Under the pieces are notes generated by a model. The model was given only the letters and a program-made list of their open reading frames with translations. It was not told the DNA's origin and searched no databases. A stretch of DNA of 64,000 bases from Antechinus flavipes (Eukaryota): assembly GCF_016432865.1 (NCBI RefSeq), contig NC_067404.1, forward strand, positions 84,630,001 to 84,694,000, given 5' to 3'. Shown here piece by piece: positions 37,776-51,539 of the stretch. A program made the translations under genes and the position numbers. How positions within the stretch are numbered: position 1 is the first letter of the stretch; each line of letters starts with the position of its first letter.

Positions 37776-38726
37776 ATGGATGAAAGCAATCAAAGCCGCC
37801 TCTTTGAATTCGTCCTCCAGGGCTTCTCGGAGCAATCACCCCCTCAGTGGGTCTTGTTTTTGCTCTTCTTCTGGCTGTATGTGGTCGCTGTGATCGGCAA
37901 CTTGCTCATCTCCACGGCCATCCTGCTCGACGCCCACCTGCACAAGCCCATGTATTTCTTCCTCGCCCAGCTCTCCCTGGCCGACGGCTGCTTCGTCTCC
38001 ACCACGGTGCCCAATCTGCTGGCGAGCATCGGAACTCGCGACAGAAGCATCTCGTACCCCAGCTGCATGACCCAGCTCTACTTCTTCCTAACTTTCGGCG
38101 ACCTAGACATCTTCCTCCTGGCCGTGATGGCCTACGATCGCTACGTGGCCATCTGCCACCCACTCCACTATACCACGGTCCTGAGCCCCACCCGCTGCGC
38201 CTCGCTGGTGGCCCTCTGCTGGGTGCTCACCAGCTCGGTGGCCCTCACTCACACTCTGCTCATGAGCCGGCTCTCTTTCTGTACCACAAAAACCGTCCCG
38301 GGCTTTTTCTGTGACCTGGGCCCATTGATGCAGGTGGCCTGCTCCAGCACACAGGTGAACATGTGGGTGCTGCTCACCCTGGGGGGAGCCGTCATCCTCC
38401 TCCCCTTCACCCTCGTTCTGATCTCTTACGGCCACATCGCCAGGGCCATCTTCAGGACTCCGTCGGCCCAGGGGAGGCGCAAGGCCTTCTCCACCTGCGG
38501 CTCTCACCTCACCATGGTCTTCCTCTTCTTTGGGACAGTGATCCGGGCATACCTATGCCCCGGCAGTCCCGGATCGGCCGCCCCGGGGGACACGGCGGCC
38601 ATTGTCATGTACACAGTCATCACACCCACAATGAATCCCTTCATCTACAGTCTGAGGAACCGGGACATGCAAGCAGCCCTGGCCAGGCTTATCGGAGGGA
38701 ACATCCCGAGGAGAATAGCCAAGTAG
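37776..38726 (+). CDS. Olfactory receptor, family 1-like (class II), intact single-exon ORF, 316 aa
   Basis: ATG at 37776 (MDESNQS, N-glycosylation sequon). OR motifs LHKPMYFFL, SYPSCMTQLYFF, MAYDRYVAICHPLHY, FFCD, KAFSTCGSHL and NPFIYSLRN are present; no stops or frameshifts. Subfamily not determined. Confidence 0.96.
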   Translation: MDESNQSRLFEFVLQGFSEQSPPQWVLFLLFFWLYVVAVIGNLLISTAILLDAHLHKPMYFFLAQLSLADGCFVSTTVPNLLASIGTRDRSISYPSCMTQLYFFLTFGDLDIFLLAVMAYDRYVAICHPLHYTTVLSPTRCASLVALCWVLTSSVALTHTLLMSRLSFCTTKTVPGFFCDLGPLMQVACSSTQVNMWVLLTLGGAVILLPFTLVLISYGHIARAIFRTPSAQGRRKAFSTCGSHLTMVFLFFGTVIRAYLCPGSPGSAAPGDTAAIVMYTVITPTMNPFIYSLRNRDMQAALARLIGGNIPRRIAK

Positions 38727-39289
38727 TTCCATCCGGAGACAGTCTGGGAAGAAGGGAAGGCGTGGGGGAAGCTGGGGGACATCAGGAAAGGCTTCCCGCA
38801 GAAGGCAATGCCTGAGCTGCCTCTTAAGGAAGAGAGGGATTCCGGGAGGGGGAGGGAGGGCATGCTAGGCAGGGAGGATGGCCGCTGCAAAGGCAGGGAG
38901 GTGGGAGATGGAGGGGAGTGTGGATCAGAGAGAACAGGTCCATGAGGCTGCTGCACAGTGTGTGGGAGGGGAGAGTAGAAAGGGACGGAGCTTGGGGCCA
39001 GCTTGGGAAGGGCTTTGAGAACTAAACAGAGGAGTTCCCCTTTTAGCCTATGTGCAATTGAAAGTCATTGGAGTTGGTTGAATGGGGAAGTAACACGGAC
39101 AAGAAAGTTGTTTGGTGGTTAGAGTGTTGGGTTCGAGTCAAGAAGACCCGGGTTTGCACCTGAGGAAAATGACTTGGGCAGCAGTCAAAGCTAAGGCATT
39201 TATTAAGCACTTACTGTGTCCCAGGCACCACGTGCAACGTGGTGGATACAGAAAAGCAAAAATAGAAATACTAACGAGGAGACCGCAGC

Positions 39290-40847
39290 AATATATCACA
39301 AAGATCCAGCGGGATTCATGCCAGGAAAGCAGAGGCACTTCAATATTAGGAAAATTGAAGCATAATTGACCACATTAGTAACTAAAACAACAACAATTGT
39401 TTTAATAAATGCAAACTTTGACAAAATACAATACCCATTCGCGTTTTTTAAAAAACCACAAACACACTAAAAAGCACAGGAATAAGTGGAGCTTTTCCTT
39501 CAGTAGTAGGGGCAGCCGCCTAGCTGGATGGAGTGCAAGGAAGACCTGGTTCAAATTTAGCCACGGATACTTATTAGCTGTGTGACCCCAAGCAAATCAA
39601 TCCACTTCTGTTTGCCTCCATTTCCTCATCTATCAAACAGGGATCATAGCGGCACCCCCTGCCAGGGTTGTTGTGAAGGTCAAATAGGATATTCATTGTA
39701 AAGCACCTGGCACATAGTAAGCAGTTTTTGATAAACCTCAAGATCCCAGATATTGGGGCAGGAATTCACTATTTGGCAGGAACCCTTGGGAAAACTGGGT
39801 GGAGTCTCATAAGATACGCTAGGATGTGTTCAAAAGGAGCACGTGGTTCAGACAGAAAGCATGAGATAAGCACACTGGGGGAAGAAATTACTCAGCAGAT
39901 CTATGGATAAGGGCAGGATTTATGCCCAAACAAGAACTAGAGAGGCTCATGGGAAGTAAAATGGGTCATTTTGAGTACATAAAATTAAAAAGGTTTTACA
40001 CAAACAAACCAATAAAACTCAAATTAAAAGAAAAGCAAAAAACTGGTGAGGTGACAGCAAATTTCTCTGCTAAAAGTCTCATTTCTCAAGCATAAAGGGA
40101 ACTGAATCAAATTTACAAGAATCGGAGCCATTCTCCAATTGATAAATGGTCAAAGGATAGGAAGTGGAAGTTTTCAGAGGGAGCAGCCCGAGCCATCACT
40201 AATAATTAGAAAAATGCAAAGGGAAACAATTCTGAAGCCCCACCTCCCACTCATCAGATTGATTAAGATGAGCAAAAAAAAAAAAAAAAAGAAAACGACA
40301 AATGCTAAAGGGTCTGAGGGAAACAGGGACACTGAGGCACCATTGGTGGAACCGTGAACTAGTCCAGACATTCTAAAAAAGTAATTTGAAACCACGCCCA
40401 AAGGGATATTAAACTGGGCATAGCCTTTGATCAAACAATAGCACTACTAGATCCGTATCCCAAAGAGATCGAAGCGAGAAGAAAAGGACCTATTATGTAC
40501 AAAAATCTTAATAGCAACTCTTTTAGTGTTCACAAATAACTGGAAATTGAGGAGCGCATCAGTTAGGAGATGACCGAACAAGTTGGGGTATATGATTGTG
40601 ATGGAAAATTACCGTGCTACAAGAAATGATGAGCAGGAGGATTTATGAAAAACCTAGATAGACGCCTATGAACTGATGCTGAATGAAGCGACCACATCCA
40701 GGTAAGCAATTTCTAGAATGGCAGCAATCTTATAAAAATGATCAACTTTTCCCTGAAGTCAGGAGGACCTGAGTTCTAATCTGGTCTCAGACACTTAACA
40801 CTTCCTAGCTGTGTGACTCTGGGCAAGTCACTTAACCCCAAACGGCT

Positions 40848-40892
<45 letters not shown>

Positions 40893-41170
40893 AATCAACT
40901 TTGAAAGACTTAACTCTAATCAACACAATGATCTACCAAGATTCCAAAGGATTCATAATGAAACATGCTATTCACCGCCAGAAAGACAATTGATCAACTC
41001 AGGGCAAAATGAAACAGATTTTCTTCTCTTTTGTCTTTGTGGAACACAGTTAATGTAGAAATTTGCTTTTCATATCTGTACATATCTATAAAGGCTTCTA
41101 GTTTTCTCGCCTTCTCAGTCAGTGGGAGAGGGGAAGGGAGGAAAAGTATTTGGAACTAAAAACAAAATAA
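39290..41170 (+). mobile_element. Old L1 ORF2/3' remnants with embedded MIR-like and WSINE1 insertions
   Basis: L1 text (gggattcatgccaggaaagcagagg, gccattctccaattgataaatggtcaaaggat, catagcctttgatc); boundaries approximate. Confidence 0.7.
40750..40891 (+). mobile_element. 5'-truncated WSINE1 with uninterrupted 40-A tail and 9-bp TSD
   Basis: TSD ATCAACTTT at 40741-40749 and 40894-40902; A run 40852-40891. Confidence 0.85.
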
Positions 41171-41435
41171 AGTTATTTGTAAAAGTCCATTGGTAGCTTG
41201 TGGTTTGGGTTGAGTGATGATGTCTGAAGTCATACTGTGAATGACCAAAGATCAAGAGGAAGTTGAGGCAGCAAGTAGAATCATCTCGTTCGTGGAATTT
41301 GAGAAAGGGAGAAAAGATATGTGCCAATGGCATAATAGGGTGTGAAAGGATCCAGCAAAGTTTAAGGAGGGAGGAGAGGGTGTGAGCTTATTTGGAAGCA
41401 CTAAGGAAGAAATGAGTCGGTAAGAAGAGATTTAA

Positions 41436-41572
41436 GGGACAGCTAGTTGGGACAGTGGATAGAGCACCAGCCCTGAAGTCAGGAGGACCTGAATTCAAAT
41501 CTGATCTCAGACACTTAATTTTTCCTACCTGTGTGACCATGATTTCTCACCCCAATTGCCTCAGCCAAAAAA
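41436..41572 (+). mobile_element. WSINE1-type SINE
   Basis: gggacagctagttgggacagtggatagagcaccagccctgaagtcaggagg...cccaattgcctcagccaaaaaaa. Confidence 0.85.
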
Positions 41573-42984
41573 ATCGAGAGATTTGAAAGGAGGATTGAGG
41601 AAGCGATTTGTTAGCAAAGATGGGAGGGGCTGGGATCACCCCCACATGCCGTATGGGCCTTGGGATAGTGAAGAGTCAGAGAGAAGAACCAGAAGAAACT
41701 GGGAGAGGACAAGATGAAGTTCACAGTGAACGGTGTCAATTTTCTCAGTAAAGTAAGAAATACGACCCTCTCCTGGGGTGGGGTTGGGGGGTGAGGGAAA
41801 GCAGTGAGGAGATTAAGGAGGGAAGGGAAGGCTTACAATACTCTCTGGGAGGGGAGGGGATAGAGGCAATCCTTTCTGATGGCCCAGTCCAGATCCGTCT
41901 CAATCAACATGGTTGAGACATTCTCACTCTTACCCATAAGCCTCCAAATGGAACTGGAGAAAGAGACAAACGGGGGAGGCCTGAGGTTTGACAATATGAC
42001 AGGGGGACCGTGGACCCAAGATCAAAGGACGGCATCGGTTCAAATGGCCAACTACTGGTTTAAAGTTGGAGAGGGAGGGAAGTAAAGTCAAAGCAAGGGT
42101 ATTGGCCGGAGAAAGTCCTGAAGAGCTGACGGATACGAGGTGCAAATGAGGGCAAAAACCAGGTCTAGCAAACGAGCCATCAGAGAACATCAGAGTTTTT
42201 AATTAGGGAAGCAGAACACTTGGGGGTGATGGTGAGAAATCATGAGACCATCTGGGAGGAAGTGGGAGGTTAGAGAGCTTGGGGGAGCACTTGTGCAGAT
42301 AACAAAGGTTCCTAGCATATGGGAAGGAGCGAGAGAGGCAGATGATGAGCCAAGTACTAACCTCCTTGAGAGAAGAGGCCGGGGACAACCTGGGAGTCAT
42401 AATGTGACTTCAAAGAACAAAAGATTGGTGTTAAAACTGGAACCCAGTTCTTCCTGCCTCCAAGACTCATCTATTATGGATAAATGAAGGAAGCATTTAT
42501 TAAGCACCTACTGTATGTCTAGTATCCAAAGAGAAGATTCAGATGGTTCCTCTCCTGAAGAAGTTCCCATTCTAATAGGGGTGGGAAGGAGGAGTAGGGA
42601 CAACACTTAGGGAAGGTTCCAGCTTCCAGTCTTACGAAGTAAAGGTCCCACAGTCCTTAGGGTGGAGCAGCAAAGCAGGTGCTTAGGCCTCTCCTCCAAT
42701 GTCACTTAGAGGATGGCATCAGTCTCTGCTATTGAGCCACTGGACAACTGTGCAAAGGGCTTTGATGAGCAGGAATTTCCTTTCTGGGGCCTTCAGAGCT
42801 CTGGCTGTAGCTGCAGCGGGAGCAGAAAGTCCCCAGAATGCACTTCCACAGATTTTGCTCCCCAGGAAGATGTTGGAAGGCCCCCAGCTGGAAGCAGGGT
42901 TGGTGACGTGGGGCACACTGCTCTTCCTGAGGGTTCAGGGTTCTAAACTGTCCCATCAGGCTCTAAAGAAAGGTAATAGACAAC

Positions 42985-43278
42985 AGAGCATTCTCACTCT
43001 CTGTTATTGTCCACTTGCATTTGTTTTCCTTCTCAGGTTTTTTTTTTCTTTCTAAATCCGATTTTTCTTGTGCAGCAAGATAACTGTATAACTGTGTACA
43101 TATATTGGATTTAACATATACTTTAACATGTTTAACATGTATTAACATTCTACCTGCCATGTAGGGCAGGGGGTGAAGGGAAGGAGGGGAAAGTTGGAAC
43201 TGAAGGTTTTGCAGGAGTCAGTGTTGAAAAATTACCATGCATGTGTTTTGTATATAAAAAGCTATAATAATAAAAAGG
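42985..43278 (+). mobile_element. L1 3' UTR fragment
   Basis: ctgttattgtccacttgcatttgttttcc...aaaattaccatgcatg...aaaagctataataataaaaa. Confidence 0.75.
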
Positions 43279-44554
43279 TGGTAGTCCAGGGGATGAAGAT
43301 GATCTGACTGACCAGGCACGTGCTGCTTCCTGTGTCTCCCTGTGTCTTGGACCGGCTCAGCTTCCCTGACTATATATGGGGTCATCCCTTGTGACTTTTC
43401 TATGACCTTAAGTAGCAGATTTCTCTCAGCAATGGACTTCCTGACCCTAGGAAGAACACCAACTTCCATTGCCCCTGTAACTTGGGTCTCATAATCCATA
43501 TGGGAGCACTGCCTACCGCCGACCTCTGTGCTCCACTTGGAGCAGTGAGAAATGATATGGAATAAAGGCTCCCGGCCCCGATTCTGACCGAAGCCAGAGT
43601 GAGTCACAAGACCAGGCTGACAGAGCCCAGCGCCAGCTGGTGACCTTAAATCTCAGCTGGACCCTTACTGCTGTATGGAAACGTTTCCACTTATCCCTGA
43701 TCCACTCTCCCTCACACTCCTCCCGACGGCCACTCCCCGTAGCCATCAACAACCATGAATTAGGCAGCTATTTGTGGAGGGCCTTGGGTCTGACCTTAGC
43801 AATAGACATGAACACCATTCAGCTATTAGCTTGTAGTTTACAGTGATCCAGGTCAAGAAAAACAGGCTGCATTCAGTCATACAAATGGTAAACACCTATT
43901 GTGGCCAGGATCCTGGATTTAGCCATGTTTTTACTTTCCATTGGCTCATCGACTCATGGTCTCAGAGCTAGAAGCACCTTCTCTGACCAAGAACCCTCTC
44001 TTAAATGTCCCCAAGAAGTAGCCATCCAGCTTCTGCCTGAAAAACACCAGGGAGGGGGAGCCCACTACCTCTGCAGGTAACTCAGTCCATGTGTTCCTCC
44101 GTGAGGAACCTTCCCTGTACAGAACCTAAATACACCTCTGGAACTTCTGGACCCCACGGCTCCTCATCTGCCCTCTGGGGCCAAGCAAATGATCATTTCT
44201 TTACCAAAAAATATCTATTCGTTATTTTTTTCTATCATTGTCACTTCCCTTGGGTGGCCAGGGAAGGATGAGTATCATCCAGAAACCACTGGAGAAGTGT
44301 GCATGGTGGGTGAATCAGGCTGCTACATGAAACCTTCGGGGAAATATACAATTGGAAGAGAAGCGGGCAGTCTTAAAGAGAGGGAAAATGAGTACGTGGT
44401 GCCCCACGTTCCCCTGCTACCACCACCATGTCAGGAGATAGTGAAGAAGACCTCTCACATGGGGGCAGGCCTTCCTTGGCATTCCCAACAGCATCTATTC
44501 CAAGCCTTCTCTTCTTTCCTCAAAGTGTCTGCACCACACCGAGCCTCTGGCTCT

Positions 44555-44720
44555 CTCTGAGAGTCTCTCTCTCTCTCTCCCTCTCTGTCTTCCCGTCTCT
44601 CTCTCCCTCTCTGTCTCCCTGTCTCTCTTCCTCTCCCCATCTCTCTCTCCCCATCTCCCTCTCTGTCTCCCCGTCTCGCTCTCTCTCTCCCTCTCCATCT
44701 CCGTCTCCATCTCTCTCATC
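44555..44720. repeat. CT-rich polypyrimidine low-complexity tract
   Basis: Direct reading. Confidence 0.85.
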
Positions 44721-45561
44721 TTATCCCACTCCAATCAGAAGAGCAGAAGGAGAAGGCAAGGGAATTATCACTTGTATGGTGCCTCTTGGAAGAGTGTCCA
44801 GGATTTGGGGGGTTTGACCTTGGTTTTCGGGGAGTCTGATGAATCCTCAGTGTTTTCTTCTTGCTCTGTTTCCCAGGTCAGTTTGTTTAGAAAAGAAATG
44901 AGACACAGGAACAGACTCTGCCAGATCAGATTAGGCAAAACAGAAATCAATGATTTCGTGATATGAGCATTAGATGGCAAAGTAAGAATGAAATAAATCC
45001 ACCAATTGGCTCCTGAAAGGGATTCCAAAAGGAGCGACCACAATGAGTCATTTTCCCAACCCAGGTCAGCACAGGGAAAACAAATGGCCAAATGGCTTGA
45101 CAAGTTAATTTTTCCAAATGTCCAATGAATAGTCAGCTCCACAATCTATTCACAAAGATGGGGATCCAGAGAGTATATTAGATTCCTTCTATGATACAAA
45201 TATAGCCTTGCTACATAAATCGGGAGGAATCAAAACAGAGAAAGAAAATTATAGACCAATCTCTAATGAATATTGGGTCAAAATTTTCAAACAAAATATT
45301 AGCAAAGAGGCTACAGCAACATATCCAAAAACCCGTATGCCATAACCAGGTTGGCTCAGAGTATGAATGCAGAGTTAATGCAATATCAGGAAAGCTACAA
45401 ACATCATAGACCATATTAACAAGAAGAATAACAAAAAGCAAGTGATATCAAGGTACGGAAAAAGCTTTTCACAAAATGTAACACTCATTTCTGTTTTTTG
45501 AATGCTAGGAAACATAGGAATAGATGAACTTTTCCTTAATGTGTTAACTAGTATCTCTATA

Positions 45562-46043
45562 GACTTACATGAACTGATGCTGAGTGAAATGAGCAGAACC
45601 AGGAGATCATTATACACTTCGACAACGATATTGTATGAGGATGTATTCTGATGGAAGTGGATTTCTTTGACAAAGAGACCTAACTCAGTTTCAATTGATA
45701 AATGATGGACAGAAGCAGCTACACCCAAAGAAAGAACACTGGGAAACGAATGTGAACTATCTGCATTTTTGTTTTTCTTCCCGGGTTATTTTTCCCTTCT
45801 GAATCCAATTCTCCCTGTGCAACAAGAGAACTGCTCGGTTCTGCAAACATAGATTGTATCTAGGATATACTGCAACATATCTAACATATATAGGACTGCT
45901 GGCCATCGAGGGGAGGGGGTGGAGGAAGGGAGGGGAAAAATCGGAACAGAAAAGAGTGCAAGGGTAAATGTTGTAAAAAAAAAAAATTACCCTGGCATGG
46001 ATTCTGTCAATATAAAGTTATTATTAAATAAAATTTAAAAAAA
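45562..46043 (+). mobile_element. 5'-truncated L1 3' end with 16-bp TSD, nested in an older L1 ORF2 fragment
   Basis: TSD AACTAGTATCTCTATA at 45546-45561 and 46044-46059; ORF2-like text continues on both sides (about 45150-45545 and 46060-46330). Confidence 0.9.
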
Positions 46044-47497
46044 AACTAGTATCTCTATAAAACCAAAAGCCAGTATCCTATGGTAATGGGAATAGTTAGA
46101 GACCTTTTGAATAAGATCAGGAATAAAGGAAGGACATCTATTACCAGCGCTATTTGTTAGAGTTCTCCAAATGCCTAGCTATAGTAAGAAACCAAGAAAA
46201 AGAAACTGAAAAAATCAACAGGCAAAGAGGAGATTACATAGTGGGTTACTTAGAGTCAAGTAAACAATAATCACCAAAGTTTCAAGACAGAAAATAAACC
46301 ACATCTCAGCGCTGCATAATAATAATAGCAGCTAATGTTTAAATAGTGTTGGAAGATTTACAAAGTGCTTTACATCTACTATCTTAATTGTTCCTCACAA
46401 GAACCTGTTTTTATCCCCATTTTACAGATGAGGAAACTGAGGCTGAGGGAAGTTAAATGACATGCTCAGAGTCCTGCAAGTAGCAAATGACTAATTGGAT
46501 TTGAACTCAGGTCTTCCTAATTCCATTCTCCTCCTCTACTTCCCCTAGATGAATATCTCACACAACATAGGAAGATAAATCCCAAATTGACCTAGGTATA
46601 AAAGGTAGCTATCTAAAGAAAGTAAAGGAGCCTTTCAAACTACCAAGAGTGAACAAGGGACAGAGAAGGCTTTTGTGGTCATTCAGTCATTCTCAGCTGT
46701 GTCCGACTCTCCATGACCCCAGCGTGCCAGTGGCCAATGGTGGGTGATGTCTTGACTCACTCGCAAATCGGACTGAAGTGAGGCAGTTGCCTGAATTGAC
46801 TGGTCTCAGTCTCTCCTCCAGAGCCACCAGTCCTGACAAAAGTGAGGAAGACTGGCAATGGCCCAGGATGCAGGGGATGACCCCAGTCCCTTCGATGCCT
46901 GACCAAGCTCTTTACCCGCTTTAGCCACATTCAGCTGTTCTCATCCACCCATTTCTCCAGAAGTCTTCATGTACTTATGTTAGACAGCTCTGTAACTCAT
47001 CACTAGGTTCGAAGTCTCAACCTGGTTTAGGCAATCTGCCAAATGGTTTCCTAGGGTGTGGCCACTGTGCTCGCTACAGCTTTTTGGAGCCATAGGTGAG
47101 GTTGGGTGAATCAGATAGACACTATAGATGGAGAAGCAGACCTGAAAAGAACTTGGCAACCTTCCCAACAGAGACTAGTCTTTCCTGAATGCACTTGACC
47201 CCACCTATCTCATCTCCTGATAGAGATGATGAATATATATGTTGGGGGAAGGAGAGGAGATATGTATATATATGTTCTTACAAAGAAAGCTAATTGAATT
47301 GCCAAAAAGTATTGATGGCAATACAATAATAAAAACACTTGAATATTCCTCTTTCACACCTGCATTAATGGAGAGAATAATGAATGAGAAGGGAAACACA
47401 GATATGGCTAAAAGGAGTGTTGGAAAGAAATAAACTTAGAAGATCTATGTCGTATCTGGCCTGTTCATCGTGACAATTATTATTATTATTATTATTA

Positions 47498-47575
47498 TTT
47501 TTTTGCTGACTTGCCCAGGGTCACACAGCTAGGAAGTGTTAAATGTCTCAGGCCAGATTTGAACTCAGGTCTTCG
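47498..47575 (-). mobile_element. Partial WSINE1 with (ATT)n tail
   Basis: gctgacttgcccagggtcacacagctaggaagtgttaaatgtctcaggccagatttgaactcagg. Confidence 0.8.
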
Positions 47576-48294
47576 ACAGTTAGTTATTAAAAAAAAAAAA
47601 AAAACTATGGTGACTTCTCAATAAAGGAGTTATAAAGTATTAAATATTTCAAGACATTACCCAAAACCTCAACAAAAATTTGTTATATAGAAAGACAAAA
47701 AATTTCTGGATAAATGTAAAAAAACAATATTATTGAGGCATGGTTTACAGACCACAATACAATCAAAACAGTCCTCTATAAAGGAAGCAAGAACAAAAAG
47801 ATACACATATAAAAGAAAATTAGGTAATGGCATCCTAAATAATGAGTGGATCAAAGGAAAAATAGAAATAGTAACTATCATAAAGAGAATGATAGTAGTG
47901 AAACATGAAAAATTATATCTGGAAAAACCTACCTTAATGAGATAGAAATAAAGAAGATGAATGAACTGAGAATACAATTAAAAACTTAGAAAATCAACAA
48001 CACTCAAAAAAAGAAATTTTGAAAATCAGAGGAGAAATAGATAAAATTATAAACAAACAAACAAAAAAGATCATAAAGAGCTCTTTTGGAAAAGACAGGC
48101 AAAATCAACAAACAATTAGCTATTAACAGAAAAAAAAGAAATTATAGAAAATAACACAGTCTTGTTCCCTTTAGTGAGATCACACTTCTCAGCCCTGCCT
48201 TTTTATCTCAGCTTAAGCATATATGACACTTTTGATTACCTTAAATTTAAAAAGGCTTGGTAAAAACAAGAGCAATCCAGTCAAAAATCACTGC

Positions 48295-48600
48295 TGGCAA
48301 ATCATCTAACTTGAAAAGGCTAGAAGACAAGATTAAAATGAAAGGAGAATTGGTGCCCAAATTTTTTGTTCACTTATTATTGTGCACTCCATGCAGCCTC
48401 TGAGACTGAGATGCAACTAGATATGGATCGATTTTCTGCCACTTGTGCTAATTTTGGCCTGACAATACCAAGAAAACAGAAGTTCTCCATTCATCAGCAC
48501 CACATATATGGAACTACTGATTACAGCAAATGGAGAAATTTGGAATGCTTTGAATAATTTTACTTCTCTTGGCAGTACGCTTTCCAGATACATTAATGCA
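48295..48600 (+). mobile_element. RTE LINE RT-region fragment
   Basis: ORF 48366..48557: CALHAASETEMQLDMDRFSATCANFGLTI, an RTE reverse transcriptase segment. Confidence 0.75.
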
Positions 48601-49157
48601 CTATTGGTGGGGTTGTGAATTGGACCAAACATTCTGGAAAACAATTTAGAATGTAAATTTAGCTCGTTTATAGCTCGTTATAGCCAATGAGCTATAAAAC
48701 TGTGCATTCTACTATATGGCTATTCTTTCTCTTATGTCTTCGTTCATTGCTGTAATCAGTTATAGAGTTGTAACTAGGAATTTGGGAATTCAAAAATTAA
48801 AAAAAAACGTAAACACACTTACAAAACTCCATTTTATTGAATTAAATTTCATTAATTTATTCATAATTAAATCATAAATTTAATTCAATAAACAATTCAT
48901 TTATTTTGCCTTAGGAAGGCACATAGACAGCAGTTATCATTGAAGGAAAGAAGCCAGAGAAGAACTCCAAGTTGGAATCAGCCTGCCATGGTGTACATTT
49001 GGGACATTTTATCTTGGCTTATTGTTTTTGGCTCAATTGTTTAGATGGGATAAGAGAAACTACATTGTTTTGTAGAATTAATTTATTCTCTCTTTCTTCC
49101 ATGCAGCTCTTCCAGGATCAGCAGGATCCAGTACTTAAGGTTGAAAGTAGTCATTCT

Positions 49158-49707
49158 ACCAGCAGGAGGATTTCAGAAAGGCCTGGAGAGACTTACACGA
49201 ACTGATGCTGAGTGAAATGAGCAGGACCAGGAGATCATTATATACTTCCACAACAATACTATAGGATGATCCATTCTGATGGACCTGGCCCTCTTCAACA
49301 ATGAGATGAACCAAAGCAGCTCCAATAGAGCAGGAATGAATTGAACCAGCTACACCCAGTGAAAGAACTCTGGGAGATGACTAAGAACCACTACACAGAA
49401 TTCCCAATGCCTCTATTTTTGTCTGCCTGCATTTTTTATTTCCTTCACAGGCTAATTGTACACTATTTCAAAGTCCAACTCTTTTTGTATAGTAAAATAG
49501 CTATTAGGACATGTATGCTTATATTGTATTTAATTTATACTTTAATATACTTAACATGTATTGGTCAACCTGCCATCGGGGGAGCGGATGGGGGAAAGGA
49601 GGGGGAAAAGTGGAACAAAAGGTTTGGCAATTGTCAATGCTGAAAAATTACCCATGCATATAATTTGTAAATAAAAAGCTATAATAAAAAAATAAATTTA
49701 AAAAAAA
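49158..49707 (+). mobile_element. 5'-truncated L1 3' end with 15-bp TSD
   Basis: TSD GAAAGTAGTCATTCT at 49143-49157 and 49708-49722; A-rich tail. Confidence 0.9.
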
Positions 49708-51539
49708 GAAAGTAGTCATTCTGGGTTTTACAAGGGTCATTGTTGGAAAAATTACCCATGCATACACTTTGTAAATAAATGAATGAACAAACAAATAAAT
49801 AAATAAGATTAATGAATAATAAAAATAAATGAATAACTAGATGGATGGATGGATTAATAAACAAATAAATAATTTTTTTAAAAAGAAAGTAAACATTCTG
49901 CACAATGATACCTTAAGAAGGGCTCTCTGGCCTCCAAAACCGGTCAGGTCTGACTGAGGTCCCTCACTGGAATAGTCCAGACTAAGTTACGAATTTTTTT
50001 TTAAGTCAGATGCAAGATTGTCATTTTGTGGGTTTGCATTTTCATCACAAGAAGCAAGGACAGAATCAATGGAATGAAATGAAACCTTTGGTCTTTTGAA
50101 ATGGATTCTTGTACTACATTACTAAAACAAAACAAAACAAGGGGGGAAAAGTAGTTCTTGAGACCAAATGTTTAAGGCAATAAATTCAATTTAGTTCAGC
50201 CCAATAAAAAAATGTATAAAGTGTTTCCTATTTGTGAAGCATTACACAGGAAATAGCTATCCTCCAGAAATACATGAGGAGACAAAGACGGGTAATAACA
50301 GGTGGGCACTTCACATGCTGCACTTGGAACCCGAAAATATAAAAAGACTGAGAGCAGCTGTTCTAAGAGGAGACTGAACTTGCCTTGAGGGCTACAGTAT
50401 TATGGTAAGGGGATCTGCTAGAGAAAATACTTTACATGGTGATTATGGAAGCGTGCTTTCTGTAGACTAAATGAATGTCTTTCATCTATATTTCAAGTCT
50501 GTATTGCTGGTGATCTGATTAATAACTAGAAATTAATTTATAATAAATTATTTAATTAACTTTAATTTTTAAAAATGAAGAAAGAGATGGATTCGGAAAA
50601 AGCTGGGAAGACTTTTATGAACAAAGTGAGCAGAACCAGGAGAACATTGCACACAAACAATAACAGCAACATTGTTTGATGATCCCTTATGAAAGACTTA
50701 GCAACTCTGAATAATACAGTGTTCCACCACAGTTCTAAAAGATTCATGATGAAAAATGCACCCCATCTTTACAGAGAGAACTCTTGGACTTAGAGGACAG
50801 ATTGAAGTAGAATTTTTCCCTTTCTTTGTTTTTCTTGCTTTCAAAACCCCCCAACATGGCCAAATTTTTGCCATTACATTAAATGTAAATATACATTTAA
50901 TATGTATATTTGCCTTCTCAGTAGGTACGAGAAAAGTGGAGTGGGGAAGAGAATTTGGACCAGAAAAACAAAATTTTAAGAAGTAATTAGGGTTAAATAT
51001 AGCGTAGGGTTAGAAAACTTGAGTTCTAATCTTCTTTCTAAAGTAGGGTATTTTACATTTCACTCCAGAGGCTCATGGAGAGGTGACATAGTAAGACCTC
51101 GCTTTGGCAGCTGAGCGTTGTGTGGGGAGACTTGAATCAGGGCTCTGGGCAGCTATTACAATCTCCTGGGGTGACAGCAGTATTACAGGAGAGAAGTGGG
51201 CTTATTAGAGAGATGTTACAAAGATAGAAATAAAAGAAATAGGCAACTGATTATATATGTCAGGTGAGTGAGAGTGAGGAAAGAGGGAAAGGGAAGACAA
51301 CAAGCAATTATTAACTACCTACTATGTGCCAGGCACTGTGTTAAATGCTTTATAAATATTATCCCATTTGCTCCTTACAACAACCTGTAAGGTAGGTGCT
51401 ATTATTACCCCCACTTTACAGTTGAGGAAACCGAGGCAGATAGAGGTGAAGTGATTTGCTGAAATTCACCCAGTTAGGTAAAGTATTTGACTCTAAGCCC
51501 AATGCTCTATTCACTGCTCTACCTAGCTGTCTCTCAGTA

